Assembly (NCBI GenBank): GCA_011109175.1
Contig: RDEW01000003.1
Location: forward strand, 2,243,761-2,307,760
Source of the DNA: Dicyema japonicum
Taxonomy: Eukaryota > Animalia > Dicyemida
Direction of reading: 5' to 3'
DNA: 64,000 bases
The notes beneath the pieces were generated by a model. The model saw nothing but the letters and a program-made list of their open reading frames with translations, had not been told where the DNA came from and made no database searches. Below are positions 26,164 to 40,399 of the stretch, one piece after another. The position numbers were made by a program, and so were the translations under genes. Each line of letters starts with the position of its first letter. Within the stretch, counting starts at the first letter, position 1.

Positions 26164-27528
26164 ATGTTTAATATTTGTCAGTCAGTCAATAGCACTAAGG
26201 ATGACTCAATATCCCCCTCTTTGACTGACCAAGTACTGTTTTATGTTAATTCATAGATAACCACTGAACTCACGTGTCTCGAAGCTTCTGAGGAATACCT
26301 AAGTTCTATGTATGCACTCATTTAATATTTAAGTGATTCACTTCACTCTTATAAGTTGCATTTCAAGTCAATTTCAGGAAACTTGTTTGACTCAATAGAA
26401 TCTCTCCCCAAAAATACGAGGTATCGTAATCTGTTGATTCAGATGCTCGATTGTAGTCAACCGTGGCTTTGTTTCTGGATTTTGAATTCTCTGGCTATTC
26501 TGGGAGTTCCCATTCCCCCAAAAGTCAAATTAAAGTACTTTTTGTATATAATCCAGATTTTTGAATTTTCTATTGAATGATGTCTTTAATCCTGAAAGTG
26601 GTGGTTTTGGGGGTTATTACGATTTAATCTAATTTAGGTGGACCTGGACAGATGAGTCACGTGGCTTCATCATATGCGGCTATTAATACGATATATCTCC
26701 TAGGGGGATTAGACAGGGTGGACAAAAATAAGATGAGGTCGTTCCTGTTGAGTTTGAAAAAATCTGACGGGTCTTTTGCTCTCCATCACGACGGGGGTTG
26801 ATCTGAGGTTGAAGGAGTGATGAGATCCATAGAGCCACGTATTGTGCACTCTCAATAGCAAATATGCTTGATATCCTCGATGACGAACTTTGCCGCAGTG
26901 TGACAAGTCATATTGTGCAGTGTCAGACATTTGAGGGGGGATTTGGGGCTGTCCCTGGAGTGGAGGCTCACGGATCCTACTCTTACTGTGCCATTGCTGC
27001 ACTCACTATTCTGGGGGATGAGAGAGCCTGTAACCTTAGAGCACTGATGGTATTAAGAACTCATGGGGTTATGTGATTAGAAATGGCTGGTTTGGAGACA
27101 AATGACTTTTGAAGGAGGCTTTAATGGAAGGGCTAATAAATTGGTGGACACGTGTTACTCCTTCTGGGTGTGTGCTGCCAACGTTCTAACTCAACAAGCA
27201 CTAGATCCTCAAAATACACGTGGTTCCTTTAATCATAGTTGATTTTTGTGATTACTCGTAGTCGCATTGTCCCAGTATTTGATATTCTGTGGACAAACGA
27301 ATAGTGGACTGAGGGATAAGCCCACCAAGTAAGTCACATGTTCTATATTAAGACAGACTGATTTGTACCACACAATGTACGGATTGGCTGGTCTAGCCTT
27401 GTGTTATCAGAAAGGAGGGGATCGTATGCCGGATTTAGTGGATGAAGATGGCATCACTAGAGTTTTGGTTGTATTTGCGGTTATTTCAGACTCCGATTGA
27501 CCCTTTAAGTGGAATTTCGATTACTTAA
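26164..27528 (+). CDS. FNTB: Protein farnesyltransferase beta subunit
   Basis: LDCSQPWLCFWILNSL, GGFGGGPGQMSHVASSYAA, CQTFEGGFGAVPGVEAHGSYSYC, EGGFNGRANKLVDTCYSFW (Zn ligands), GLRDKP..DLYHT; 22-31-nt introns. Confidence 0.93.
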
Positions 27529-27564
27529 TTTTTGATAGTTTATTTCTATTTTATAATACCACGT

Positions 27565-27730
27565 GGGTTAGTTGGGTTACCAGGTAGTGTAGGATTCAGT
27601 GCTGTCGTGAATGGTTGTGGGTTTGATTCCCACCCTGATACCCACTTAGTCGAAGGATTCCGCTCTGTGTCATCAAAAAATCTCTTTTCCATATTCCACA
27701 GGAGGGGTGTCTAGATTGACGGTGGATTTA
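27565..27730 (+). mobile_element. SINE family 1 5' fragment
   Basis: GGGTTTGATTCCCACCCTGATA..GTCGAAGGATTCCGCTCTGT matches the head and body of the 2075-2423 copy. Confidence 0.55.
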
Positions 27731-27734
27731 ATAT

Positions 27735-27990
27735 CTATGAAGATTGAACTGATTCCAATGCATGACACTACAACGAGGGAATACATCAAAGTGGGGATTC
27801 TATTCATAACTTCCTGAAAAGTTTTCAACGAGGACTATGGAATTGTTCGGTTCCGCCTATGTGTGTACAGCAAAATCTTGTTATTCTTGACGAAATCAAC
27901 AAAAATTCTCAGAACAAGACTGACTGATGGACACTTGTCATCCCTGATCTTGAATGTTTGATTACAATCGTTATATTTGTCGTAGTGGAG
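27735..27990 (+). mobile_element. hAT (Buster/SPIN-like) transposase C-terminal remnant
   Basis: LFGSAYVC and, in another frame, LRTRLTDGHLSSLIL resemble the hAT dimerisation region. Confidence 0.5.
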
Positions 27991-28321
27991 CGTAATATAG
28001 CCGTTGTAGTAGGCTTGCAAATTATTAAATACACTTCAATCAGATTACGGTGTTTTTGCAGATTAGTTAGTGTGGCCTGCTCGTATACTCAAATAACCTT
28101 ATGCGACCTTGAAGCTTATTGAGCTATAGAGTCATTGGCGGTTCTGGTCGGAAAAGGATTTGATTGAAAATATCCCCAAGGATTTGTCAGGTGAGCCTTG
28201 GTTACTAAATAAATATGTTATTGAGAAAATGAATGAAAGTACTCAAATATAAATAAGTCACTTCATTACTTTGTAAATGTACGACCGATTACTCACGTTA
28301 GTTCTGAATTACGACATAAGC

Positions 28322-31300
28322 TTACTTGAACTTATCCTTCAGATATGGCCTCTCTTTCTCAAATATTTTGGGGATTGTATTGTTTTTAAAGAATATGCTT
28401 TTACCCCCATAATCCCCGGGTTGGAGTGAAATGAACTTATTGAAGTATTTATTCATCCAAATCATATCCTGGTCATACTTTTCCCCAGAATCAAACAAAT
28501 ATGAGTCTTGTTTACTAACTGTGCTTGTCTTGACCAAATCACGCTTGTTGAGTCCCACCAATTTGTCGATCTGACAGGCGGCATGACGACCCGCCTCGAT
28601 ATTCTCAGTTCTCACGTTTAGTCGGTGATGTTTCATCGAAGGCAATTTCTCTTCTCCATCTTCCTTGCCCCCAACATTTTCCTAAATTAGGAACCATTAA
28701 TTACTTCTCGGATGGACTTTTCATACTTTGGTACCTTAAACCGAGTCCACACGTCAAAGTCACTCCCTCTCATATCCCCACTGTAGTTATTTCTGTACAT
28801 CAGTACTGGACGCAGGTATTCGTTGTTATAAAAGTTTTCCTCCCATTTCTATAATATTTGTACATAGTAGACTGAATTGATCTCTTCGTGCCTCGAATCA
28901 GTCACTTTAGCCATTTCAGTCGGTTTAACGTAATTCGTCCAATCTTGCTTTCTAAACACTACTTTCTTAATTCTTTTAGGTTCGCCTTCTTCCCACGTGT
29001 TCCCGTGATAGTTGCTATTATAACTGAAAAGACTGTGGTCCCCATATTTCTATGAAATGGTTATATTGTACTATCACTTGTTTTAGATATGTCTTGAGGG
29101 CATTCAAGGTTTCCACGTGGCAGTTAAACCTTTGCAGACTATATGGCGAAATCTGACAACCCGTGTTTAGTCTGAAAAATTCACGTGCCTTCTTTTTTGT
29201 AAGTTTTCTTATATTTTTCTTAAATTATTTAATATAAATTACTTTATTAATTTTACTGAAATTTTTAATTTGGGAATATTTCAACTTCAAATAATTATCA
29301 AAATTGGGGTTCGTGTTGTCAATCGCCACGTGCTTTCTCAGCGTGGGCTGGGTAGTATTTCCAACTTCAGTCAAGCAAGCAACACCGACTTTTAATTTCA
29401 GAGACAAAGGTACTAGAATGCTTTCTTTCGTTGCTTGGAATCCCAAACTCTTTGTTTAGTGACTCGGAGTTCTTTGAGCAGTGGGAGTGCTTTATTCCTG
29501 ACCAGGCACTTCATGCTGTCAGATTGGACCATCTAACAAATTGACACGTGACCAACTATGTTCAACTTTGAAATGGCTTTAAAGCAGTTTGTTGGGATCA
29601 TATCCCGGACATAAAGCAGTGGTTGTTTGATAATCTCCGACAGTGGACGGAACAGATTGATTGGCTCAAAGTCAAGTCTCCAAAACAAGTACATCCTTTT
29701 GAAGAAGGCGAGGGAATTTGACAAAATAATCTTTGCGTCTAGAGTTTGGAGACCAATTACTGTAAAGGGATCTCAGAGCTGAGAGTTGTTTCTGGAATCC
29801 TTCAAGGAATCCGTCAATGAGGCCTTCAAAGAGGACGATCGTGTTTTCCGTGTCAGAAATGTAAAATCCAGAGACCAGATCATTCCTTTCTGGGATCGTC
29901 TCCAATCTGTATAAACTAACTCAATACATGTCGATCATCTCGCTAGTGAATGAACTAATCAGTTTGTGGGGACTTTTTGTGTATTGGGAGAGATATTGAT
30001 AGTTGTGATCGAGGACAGGTCCTATCACATCCTCGTGGCTAAAATGGGCAGTCTCCATGCAGATCACTATCCTTTTGTATAACTGCCTTAATATTAGGGA
30101 CGACAACCTTCTCCTCATTCAGGGACGTATTCTTAACGAAGTCTTTGAAGGAAAACAAGACTCTTACGCCGATTTTCAAGTCGGTGGAGCATTCAATGTA
30201 ATTGGCGGACTTGAGGATGAGTTTATTCTCCAAATTTACTAAATTTTCTATAATCTAACATACAAGGTGAAATGGGGGGTGCTGAGCAATTTGTGACAAA
30301 TGACCTCAACAATATGTGCTTGCAGTTATTATATAATTCTTTAGTAAAGTCAAAAGTGGCGACTCCAAATGGATTGGGGGTCTCCTGGCTGTACTTTGGG
30401 AGTTCGGGAAGTAGATCGCCTAAAGTCATAAATAGTCCTACAATGGACGTATTCTATCTTCTCTTTGTTGCTATCCCTGTCGTGGATCTCCATTATCAGT
30501 GGTGTACTGATGAAGTTGTTTATGTCCTCTTTGGCTCGGAGTCCTCGGATAAAATCACAGTGAACCCAAAAGGAAGACGAAATACTCATTGAAGATAATA
30601 TTTCTCTCCTGCAGTCGTCCCATGGACTTGTAACTTTTACCAAAGGCCTGGAAGCTCACATAACAGAGTTTGGAGCTAAAATTGTCTTTTCCAGCAATTT
30701 ACCACATTCTAAGTTCTTCATAGGAGTGTGGCTGATTCGGTAGGTTCGACAAAGAATCCAGTCTTAGCACGAGTGGGTACAAGGTTGACTTGTTTTCATC
30801 ATCAATCAGCGTTTTGTCAACATTGATTGACACAAACACGTCATTGTACTGTTTGTGAGTGAACTTTAGTCGTTCTGAGTTGAACGAATGACCTGATTAT
30901 TATGATGTTCTTTAACCTGCCAAAAGAGGGGACAACTTCACCTCGACCGTACATTCCTCGCTATTGTTTGACTCCTCACTGCTGTAGCTCGTCGTCCTGT
31001 CTTGGAATAAACATGAAGCAATACTGCTGAGAAAATCATAGTAAGCCGAAACATCAAAGTTTAAAATATCGTTTTCTTGTGAATATTTCGTGTTAACTTG
31101 AATGAACTTATTGATTTCATTGAAGATGAATGGCCGTGTCCCTCCTCTGTCCTCAGTGTCCTCACCTTTGGATTTAACTGCAGGGGTTACAGGAAAGAAG
31201 TTTGGGCATTACAAAATGTCGAGTATTGTCGGACTGTGCAGCCTTTGAACACTTGTTTTTAGAGGACGAGATTTTGACTTTAACCACGTGGTTTGAAATT

Positions 31301-31743
31301 GAGTCCAAAAAATCGTTGTTCATGGGGATTGAATGTCTATCATAGTTAACCAGGTCAAACTGATGTTGGAACGCAATCCATATTGAGTTGTTGTGCTCCC
31401 ACACTGCCTTGTTTTTTGCCACTAACTTTTCGTTGTATATTCTGGCCACGATTCCGTTGGCTGTTGATTGGACGATCACATCAATTTTGAAGGTATATTC
31501 TGGATTTGTGGGATGGAGATTATATTCGACGTTAAAAAGCCGTCGATATGCGTTCCCTTTCCTGGAACCAGTGCTGGCTGTGGGAGTCCGTGTTATACCA
31601 GACCCCAGATCTACCGTCAGAGAGTAAGGTTTACTTTTTTCCACAGCAAATGCGATGGAAACTGAGAAATTGGTGAATGTCAACTCATTTGAACTGACTC
31701 TTTTAAACTGTGAACGATTAAATTCACTTTCATCAAAAGACAT
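28322..31743 (-). CDS. CFAP92: CFAP92/KIAA1257-like (DUF4550) cilia-associated protein, multi-exon
   Basis: FNVEYNLHP..KIDVIV..ARIY..VWEHNNSIWIAF..ISNHVVKVKI (DUF4550-like), MEIHDRD, NPFGVATFDF, ANYIECSTDLKI, PLSEIIKQPLLYVRDMIP; recognised from memory; 3' end approximate. Confidence 0.68.
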
Positions 31744-32519
31744 AATCCACTTATTTTCTACTCGTTACTAGGCAACACTGATATTTAAGCACTATTATCA
31801 TGAATTTACCATTTTAGACTGGACGCTACCACAAGTCTTCGATGTTTACTGGAGGTCCCGGGCTTATCGTAGTGTCATTGATGGGTGTACAGAATGTTGT
31901 TGTAGGGTACTCCTTATTTCTCCGATGAGAATAGTCTCTGAGTCATCCACCAATGTGGGAGGGCCATCCAGCAGATCGTTCCAGACCCTGATATACACGA
32001 AATAGGTTTTATCCAGTTCCCGGTCGGAGTGGGACGTATCCTTTCCCAGAATCACATCAATTCGAAATACCCCCAGTAGTTAATAGTAGAATGTTCAAGA
32101 AAATAATGTGAGAATTACTTTGTTCCACCTCAAAACAGATTTGTCCATGTTTTTTCAATGGGCATTCTCTTCATCGCTGCTTTCACCCTGTTTTCCACAT
32201 GTAAGCCAAAAGAAAGTCCCTAGTCAAACACGACTCCCAGGATGCTTGGGGTAGTATCAGCTGGGATAATCGTGCTTTAACGTTTCATGCTGCAATTTTT
32301 TACATCCAGTGAATAAAGTTTCAGAGGATTTGATTGAAAAAACTAGGAGTTATGGTTGAGCAAACAATGAGATCAGAGTGTCTAGCATTGCTCGTATGAC
32401 CCGAGGAGCTACTTGGTGTTCTCTGTCCTTGGGAGCGATAATAATATCATCCGGAATATAGGGTTGTTGTTTATATAAGTAGGTTGAATAGTGCTGATGA
32501 GGCGGTTGAAGTTTGAGGA

Positions 32520-33428
32520 ACTTCCTTTTTCGATCAAAAATCGACCTAAAAATCAAGCTCAACTTATACACCGAGTCATGAAATTCAACTTCGTATTAAT
32601 CGCTTATTTTTACCTCAATCACGGACATCGAAAGCCAGGCAGCGACGATGACTACTAGAGGAAAGTACTGGGTATTGAGAGAATGCGTGACTCATCGCCT
32701 AAACTCCGACAAAGTCCGCGCGTCCGTTATTCCTGGTGGACTAACAAGTGTTGTGAGCCACTTGATGTTTCTTTGAATAAGCCGTTCAAAGACAGATTGT
32801 AATGAAATTGGAGTAATTGGATGATAGAAGGCGAGAAGCAGTCTACTATAGGGGGAGCCATGAAAACACCCTCGTCAGAAATAATAAGTCGTGGGATGAT
32901 GTGTCGCTGTCTACTGTGGAACGCTCCTTTAAGAAATGCTGCATTTCCAATGCTCTCGATGGGACAGAAGACGACCTTATCTGGGAAGAGGAGGTGGAAA
33001 CTGAGGATAAAGAAGACCAAGAAAATGTCCTTTATGACGACAGACTAAACGAAAATAAATGGAACGAGCTTTTTGGAAATAGTGACGATAAATACGGATT
33101 TTGAACTCTATGTAAGCACTTTATAATTCTAATTTATTGTTTTTACTAAAAATAAATCACTTTCTAAGAGTGTTTCATTGTTGTTAGTCTCTCTCTGCGC
33201 GTAATATCACAGGGCTACAAAGTAAATAGTATTCAAAATGGCGTATAGATCGCTCGCTACAAACTCGCGAATTTGAACACATTTCGTCAATAAATTTCGC
33301 ATATTTCTGGTTGAATTTTAAAGTTTAAGATGAATCAATTGAGCTCGACTTATACAAAGGATATATCATAAAATCGTAAATTTCCGTCGAATTTTAGGGG
33401 GTCGACTTATACACCGGCAAATACGGTA
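32520..33428 (+). mobile_element. pogo-like (Tc1/mariner superfamily) transposon remnant with 3' TIR
   Basis: IPGGLTS..LDVSLNKPFKDRL and SFKKCCISNALDGTEDDLIW; repeated (G/A)ACTTATACA motifs (32561, 33346, 33404); terminal CAAATACGGTA. Confidence 0.8.
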
Positions 33429-34178
33429 AATAATCATTTTTGACATTTTCTAATCTGACTTGTGTCAATTATACACTATAATTCAGCCTGCGCATATTAA
33501 TGACTAATTTAAGAACTGACATATTGAAGAATACAAAAGAGGCTAAAAACAAGTAACCCCAGCTTCCAATAGTCCACGGACTCTTCCTGCATTTTTGATT
33601 TAATAACACCTCCAACTGGAAACCCAGCACAAGTGGAATATAACCAAAATGTAACCAAACCAATAAAACACTAGAGGATCTGCATTCATCAGTAAACATA
33701 TGGGGAACCTACATTAACTGAAATATCCAAATAATTCAACACATTTTACTAAACCAGGTAATTATGGACTGTGCCTATTCAATCCCACACTAGGAGGTTC
33801 ATATAAAGTCCCCCAACTATCCATTCTACTGCACCAATGAAGTAGAATTATATAGTAGCCCCTCTTAAACGGTCTTTAAGGCTCCGTCCATGGTCCCCTT
33901 TCTACAATTAGTTATCATAACTGTTCTTCCTCTTAAAAAACATATGTCCTGCCTAAGTGGAGGTTTAATTAGTGTTAAAATGACTACTCCTCTAGGAAGG
34001 GATGTTAAAAAGAATCAGTAATATTAAGGAGACAGACCCACGTGAATTTGTTGTTAAAAATAAAAATAATATAAATTATGATATTACGGATTTTTAAATA
34101 ATATTTATTAAATTTTAAAAGATTTTATATTTAATCAACCCTCATGAAATAAACAATAATAATTGTGGAAAACAAATA

Positions 34179-36264
34179 ATGGAGGAATCAGACTATGATG
34201 CCATTTTACTAATTATTTGCTGTGTTCTAATGGTTTTTGTAATCCTTACTATGTGGGGATTAAAAAAGAATCGTTTCCGGTATTCCCACTATACAACCTT
34301 TGCAATAATATATGGTACTTTGAAAGAATATTACCACTAAGGGATTATCATCTCCGCAATAATACACAAGTCATTCAAAGAGATTAATCCCAAAGTGGAG
34401 GGAACCAAAAATGTAACCGTGGATGTGGATTTGACGAAAGACCAAGTGCTAAATGTCGTCTCTACCTATACCGATAGCACATATGTGTATGAGAAGCTCA
34501 AATCCCAGAGTATGGAAACATTGGTTTACTGTGAAATGTGACTTTTATAGGTTAGCTTTCAAAGTACAATTTTTTTCGACGCTTTGCTTCCCCCAATAAT
34601 CTTCCATGCTGGGTACAACCTTAAGCTGGTAACCTATCGTTTTCATGATTAGCGTCATTTTACCCCATTTTTTGTGCCCATTCTATTATTCGCTTTTCTT
34701 GGGACTGTCATCTCTGCTTTCATTTTCAGGTCGCTGTTGTTTTGACTTTAAGTGGAGTGGTTTATGGTTTGGGCTTCTACGTCACCAATTACAGAATGCC
34801 CTATCAAGAAGCCCTATTCTTCGGATCCATTATTGCTGCTACTGACCCTGGTGATTTACTTAATCATTCCCTAGTAACCGTCCTCGCCATATTCTCTGAT
34901 TTGAAGGTAGATAGTGGCTTGTACGCCCTCATTTTCGGAGAGAGTGTATTGAATGATGCCGTCTCAATTGTTCTCTCACGGTAAAATGTGTTCAGTGACT
35001 GAAACAGAGTCGTTCGGGAATTCGGGAGCAGTATGGAGAAGACTAAAACTTCAACTATTGGCGGAGAAGTATTTTTGTCGATTGGATTGTTTATCGGCGT
35101 TTTCTTTGGAGCTATCATAATTGGAGTCTTTGTTGGACTCGTGACAGCTCTGGTAACTTGTCATAACCAGTTCAGATTTTGAAAAAGACAAAAATAAAGG
35201 AATACTCAGAAATGGAGATTTCTATTTTCCTACTGCTTTCCTTGTTTTCGTATATGGTTTCACAGGCATTAGGAATGTCAGGTAATTAATTGCAATAAAC
35301 CGCAGGGATTGTTACTGTATTATTTTGCGGTATAACCCAAGCCCATTATACACTCAACAATCTATCTCAAGAGGGTAGAAAACTAAGCAAACAGGTTTAT
35401 CCCTGTATACACTCTAGTTCTTCTCACTCATCAGCTTTCTCTTTGAAAACTTTATTTTCTTATACATTGGACTCACAGCTTTTTCTAAAATGGAATGGGA
35501 CTTTTGGCTGATTACTGCAGCATTGGTTGTCTTGAAAATTATTTAGATTGGGATTATTGTCGGTCGAATCTTCAACATTTACCCACTCTCATTTGTGGCG
35601 AACCTCTGCCATGGTCATAATCGTGTTCCTAGGAAGTTTCAGCACTTTCTTTATCTCTCTGGTTTTGCCTAGGACTATATCGTTAGGCCTAAGGGGGGCT
35701 ATTCCATTCGCTCTTGCCCTTCAGTACAGTGAACACAAGAATTCCCACATTTTGGTCTCCACCACGTTTGCCATCGTAGTCATCACTGTCGTCTTCTGTG
35801 GCATGACAATACTCCCAACCATTGATCTTCTGTCAATTAGGTATTTTTGGAATGATTATCGCAGAACAGGACAAGAGGACCTCCCCAGGCCACCCAGGGA
35901 TATTCCAACGGAGGTTGAGTTTGGTTCATAACTTTTAGGGGAAAGGGGATCTTCGTATGTTTTTCAAAATTGACTCTCAGTCTGAGAAATTGTGTGAATT
36001 GTAGATTATTATCCCCCATGTTCACTCACAAGTTACCGAATCCCCAACAATATATTCTCAGCGTTGCATGCCTGTTCTTCGTTTATTTTTGACACAAGAA
36101 CAAATCAAGAATCAGCATGAGTTGGTTTGTGTGCATTAATCAAAAGTATTCTTCCATAGTTAGAGAAGACTAAAGTTGGGAGTGAAACAGATCAACTAAA
36201 GGAGCCAGAAATCTTAGAATTGGGCGGAAATGAAGAAACTGACTTGATGGATTTGTCATCCTAA
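34179..36264 (+). CDS. Endosomal-type Na+/H+ exchanger (SLC9A6/7/9 family), many tiny introns
   Basis: [28 protein letters not shown]|[68 protein letters not shown]; start codon approximate. Confidence 0.9.
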
Positions 36265-36649
36265 TTGTTTCTAATACTTTCATTTCAAATAATTGGCGCT
36301 ACTCATTTCAAACTCCACTATTCTAGACTTTCAAGGCTTCAAAGCGCCCTCATCTGCCACGTGGGTTATTTGATCTATGAGACTTGCAGATGGTTTAATA
36401 GAACAACGGAAAGTAGTCGATTAATCAGTATTTTTCTCTGCGTAGATTTTAAGAAATCCCGGAATGATCCCGGCTTCTAGTGGTCCCCAACGATTTCACC
36501 TCTTCTGGAAATGTCTTGAGGGAACTCATCTTCAAAATGATCAATATTTCTGAAATGAGAAAGGAATTAGTTAATTATAACCGTCATATTTGCGGTCTAA
36601 TTTTTTGGCTAAATTAATCATCAAAAATTCTTGCGACTACAGAAGCTAA

Positions 36650-36948
36650 GCCTCTGTTGAGTCCTACGAATCGATCCTCTACTCATATAAGCTATGACCC
36701 GTAGAAGTGGAGGTGGTTTTCATTGTGTTTGTGAAGAAGGCAGAAACTTACTTCTGCTATATTGTCCGAGCAAATAAAGGTCGGTCGGAACAATCGCTTT
36801 CCATGCAAGCAAGAGATGAGGCGCTTCTGGGCGGCGATGGGTAAAATGGAGGACCACAGGCATAGGCTAATTAGTGCAACTGGGATCACCTAACGGTTTG
36901 ACTAAACTCTGTCTTTCGTCGCGATGCCCCTGGGGTACTAAATAAATA
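36650..36948 (+). mobile_element. LINE 3' fragment (family of 40400-41145)
   Basis: ACTGGGATCACCTAAC..TGTCTTTC..GGGGTACTAAATAAAT matches the reverse complement of 40400-40465. Confidence 0.65.
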
Positions 36949-37079
36949 TTGATTTTTTTCGGTTGTTTGATTAAGAATAAAGCACACTTAAAGTACAATT
37001 CAGCTACAAAAAGTCAAAAAAATGATAAAAGCCATATTTATGCTTTGGTATTAATCAGTGGTGTTGTGGTGTATTAGCC

Positions 37080-40077
37080 GTTCTACTTTTTGGATTGAAC
37101 ATGACAATGGAAAAGGATCCGAAAACCCAAAGAGCATATTTCTCGCACGTCTATCCCCTGCATTATCTGTGGAGAGGCAAACAAGAGGAAATATAGTATC
37201 CAATGTTCCCGTTGCCCAAATTTTGGACACCTTGGGTGCAACAAGCTGACAAGACGACTGCTCAGTGTCTCCCAAGTTGGTCATGCCCCACATGCCTTGG
37301 GAACCCCACAAGGCAAAAGGAACCGCTCTCTGGTTCAGTCCTGGACCTATCTAACACGGACGAATGTCTACGCCGCCTGAACCGGCTTGTATCAGAGAGG
37401 GTTATCCCACTCAGAATCCCAAAGTCGGTGCGCCTTGCAGCTGCCACGTGTCTCTCAAAACTAATCACTAAAGCAGTCAGTGACAACACCCAAGAAGCTT
37501 GGATGCGCCTTCTCTGCTTTGCACCTCTAGTCCTCGGATCACATCCGACCGAACTGAAGGAACGGAATGTCAAGTCAATCATCAAAAGGAACGTTTCTAA
37601 ATACGAAAGTATCAACCTGGCGGATACACTGGAAAGCATTTCGACTGCTGTTGACTCACCCTTTTCATCCAGAACCAAGAAAAGGGATCTTCGCAGAGAA
37701 ATAAACAAGAAGATCATGGTCGGGGACATTCGGGAGCCCTACATACACTCTCCAGCAGCGACAAGGTTCTTTCACCGAGCAAAGAAACCTTAGACCAGTT
37801 AGTCCAGAAACATCCGCCCGCACCAGCTGATCTACGTGACACGAAAATTCAAAAGGATGTCCCACAACTAAATGCCACCCCTGATGATATTAAATGGGCT
37901 ATTCGTGCATTCCCTGGAAGCAGCGGCGCCGGTCTGGACGGCCTACGCCCAAGCCACATAAAAGACCTCACCTCTGTAAAAACCGTCGAACACAGGGGAC
38001 TCCCTCATCGTCTCATTGAATGCTCTTACGAACCACGTTCTTCGGGCAGATATCTCGGAGTATGCTCGAGAACTCCTCTTCGCTTCGAGGTTGGTAGCCT
38101 TCAAGAAGCCTTGCGGCGGGATAAGACCCATCGCCATTGGTAACGTCCTTAGGCGCCTATCGTCGAAGATCGCTGCCAGAGCAGCCAGCAAGACTTTGAG
38201 TGCCGAACTTAGTCCTGTCCAACTCGGAGTTGGAGTACCTAATGGATGTGAAGCAGTAATACATTCAATCCGGAATTTTGTTGCCAGCCCTCCTGACGCG
38301 CAGGATTCAATTATAGTCAAACTGGACATACGTAATGCATTCAATAGCATCCGAAGGGATAGAATCATAGAAGATAGTGTCTCTAGGATTCCTGAGATCA
38401 GCAGGATGGTCAGACTCTCATATGGTTCCCCGTGTACGCTGATCTTCGGACAACACGCCATCAAGTCCAAGACTGGAGTCCAACAAGGAGACCCACTTGG
38501 CCCTCTACTCTTTGCTTTGGGAATCGACTGTGTATCATCTGCGATCAAAACTCCCTTGAACTTATGGTACCTTGATGACGCGACCATTGGGGGAGTTGGG
38601 AAATTGTTGTGGAAGAGGTTAAACGCGTCATCCCTGCCCTCGCGGCACTCGGACTGGAGCCGAATCCATCGAAGTGCGAAGTTATTAACGTGACCTGTGG
38701 AGAGGACACCTTTGAACGCGCAATAACGACCATTTCTACTTGCCTCCAGGACATCAAAGTCACCCGACTAGAAAAGGCGATTTTCCTCGGATCTCCTCTG
38801 TATGACATGTCAACTGTCCTGGAGGAGAAGAGTGAATCCGTACAGCTGCTCACGCACAATCTAAAGGCTTTGGACTCCCACATTTCTCTCTTCATCCTCA
38901 AGAATTTTCACCTTACACCACTCCTTTTTTTTCTACGGACATCCCCATGTTTCACAGACATGGATTTCTTGAGAGTTATCGATGAGAAGCTGAGGACCTC
39001 TGTTGAAGAAACACTTAACATCTCTCTGGATAAAGCAGGGTGGACCCAATGCAAGTTACCACTTCGTTATGGAGGAATTGGGATACGCTCGCCACTTGAA
39101 CTCGCCCTCCCAGCCTTTCTGTCTTCGACATATGCTTCCCGTGGTCTAGTTCACCAGATCCTACGCTACATTAACGGATCGGACACTGAACCAATGGCAT
39201 GCATGGCTCACGATGTTTGGATTGGACTTCCGAAGAACTTCAACTTCAACAAACAACGAGACTGGAACGAACTTGTATGTTCGAGGACCATCGATGAGCT
39301 AAAACCACAACTCGTCTGGCTTGTCAGGCTACCGCATCAACAAACGTAAGTGGTGCATGGCTCAAAGCATTCCCGTGCATTTCACTCGGAACTTTTCTGG
39401 ACGATGACTCCACGAGGATTGGGGTTTGCGTCCGCCTCGGAATCGATGTTTGCGCAATCCATCGCTGTAGATGTGGAGGAATAGTCGACGCGAAAGGACT
39501 CCACGCACTTTCCTGCCGAAGGAGCGCTGGAAGGAGCCTGAGACATAGTGCAATCAACAAGGTTATTGCGTGGGGACTAGAAGCTGCCGGATTCCCTGTC
39601 CAGATGGAGCCCCTAGGACTTGCCCACGGCAAACAGAAGGCCGGCTCAAAGCATTCCAGTGCATTTCACTCGGAACTTTTCTGGACGATGACTCCACGAC
39701 TCGACTCTGGAGCGACTCTGTTCCCGTGGGATGCTGGGAAGTACCTGGCCTGGGATGCCATCTGCGTAGATAGCTTCTCCCCTTCCAATATTACAATGAG
39801 TGCGACAAATCCAGACTCAGCTGCAGAGAAAGCAGAAATACTTAAAGCAAAGAAGTACACATTTGAACCAGTCGCAGTCGAAACTTCGGGAGTCATAGGA
39901 AGCAGGTCGTTAGCCCTGCTCAACAAAATTAGATCGTTAGTCGCTGAAAGGAGGAGGGATGTCAGAGAGAAGGGCTGGCTCATTGAGCGCATCTCCTTAC
40001 AGATCGTAAGGGGAAATGCGCTCTCAATCCTGAGAGCAGCCAGTAGCCTTTAACTATTTGGTTTTATTCTTCAATAA
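37080..40077 (+). mobile_element. CRE-type non-LTR retrotransposon, longest copy, frameshifted
   Basis: N-terminal RIPKSVR, GLDGLRPSHIKDL, GGIRPIAIGNVLRRL, GVQQGDPLGP, WYLDD, CRCG..HALSC, WDAICVD..KAKKY..FEPVAVETSG; AATAAA at ~40073; 5' boundary approximate. Confidence 0.9.
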
Positions 40078-40399
40078 ATTGTTATTGATTACTTAAATTG
40101 ATTTTGAGCGCTTATAAATAAGTTTCCAAATTATCTGATAAAGTTGTTGCTCCTTTCTTTTTTGCTTGTATGTGGGTCACTGAGACAATCCGGTTCTCCA
40201 GAGATGAATCGCTGACGATGGCGTAATTATCGTAGAATGGACAGCAGCGAGATTCTTCCTCAGAATTCTTGGCGCACATTACACTACGCCATTCTGTTAA
40301 GCGTTCTTAAAAATTATTTATTATTGAACGAAATCAAATTATTGATATTTTTTATTTTTAAATTTCATTCTTTTGCGAGAACTTTGGATTTTTTTATTT

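Noticed and set aside
29672-29905. Apparent frameshift in the CFAP92-like gene
   Set aside because: Explained by a 22-nt GT-AG intron at 29739-29760 (-)
37262-39992. Long antisense and alternate-frame ORFs over CRE elements and ALG11
   Set aside because: Shadow ORFs of GC-richer coding sequence with no recognisable motifs
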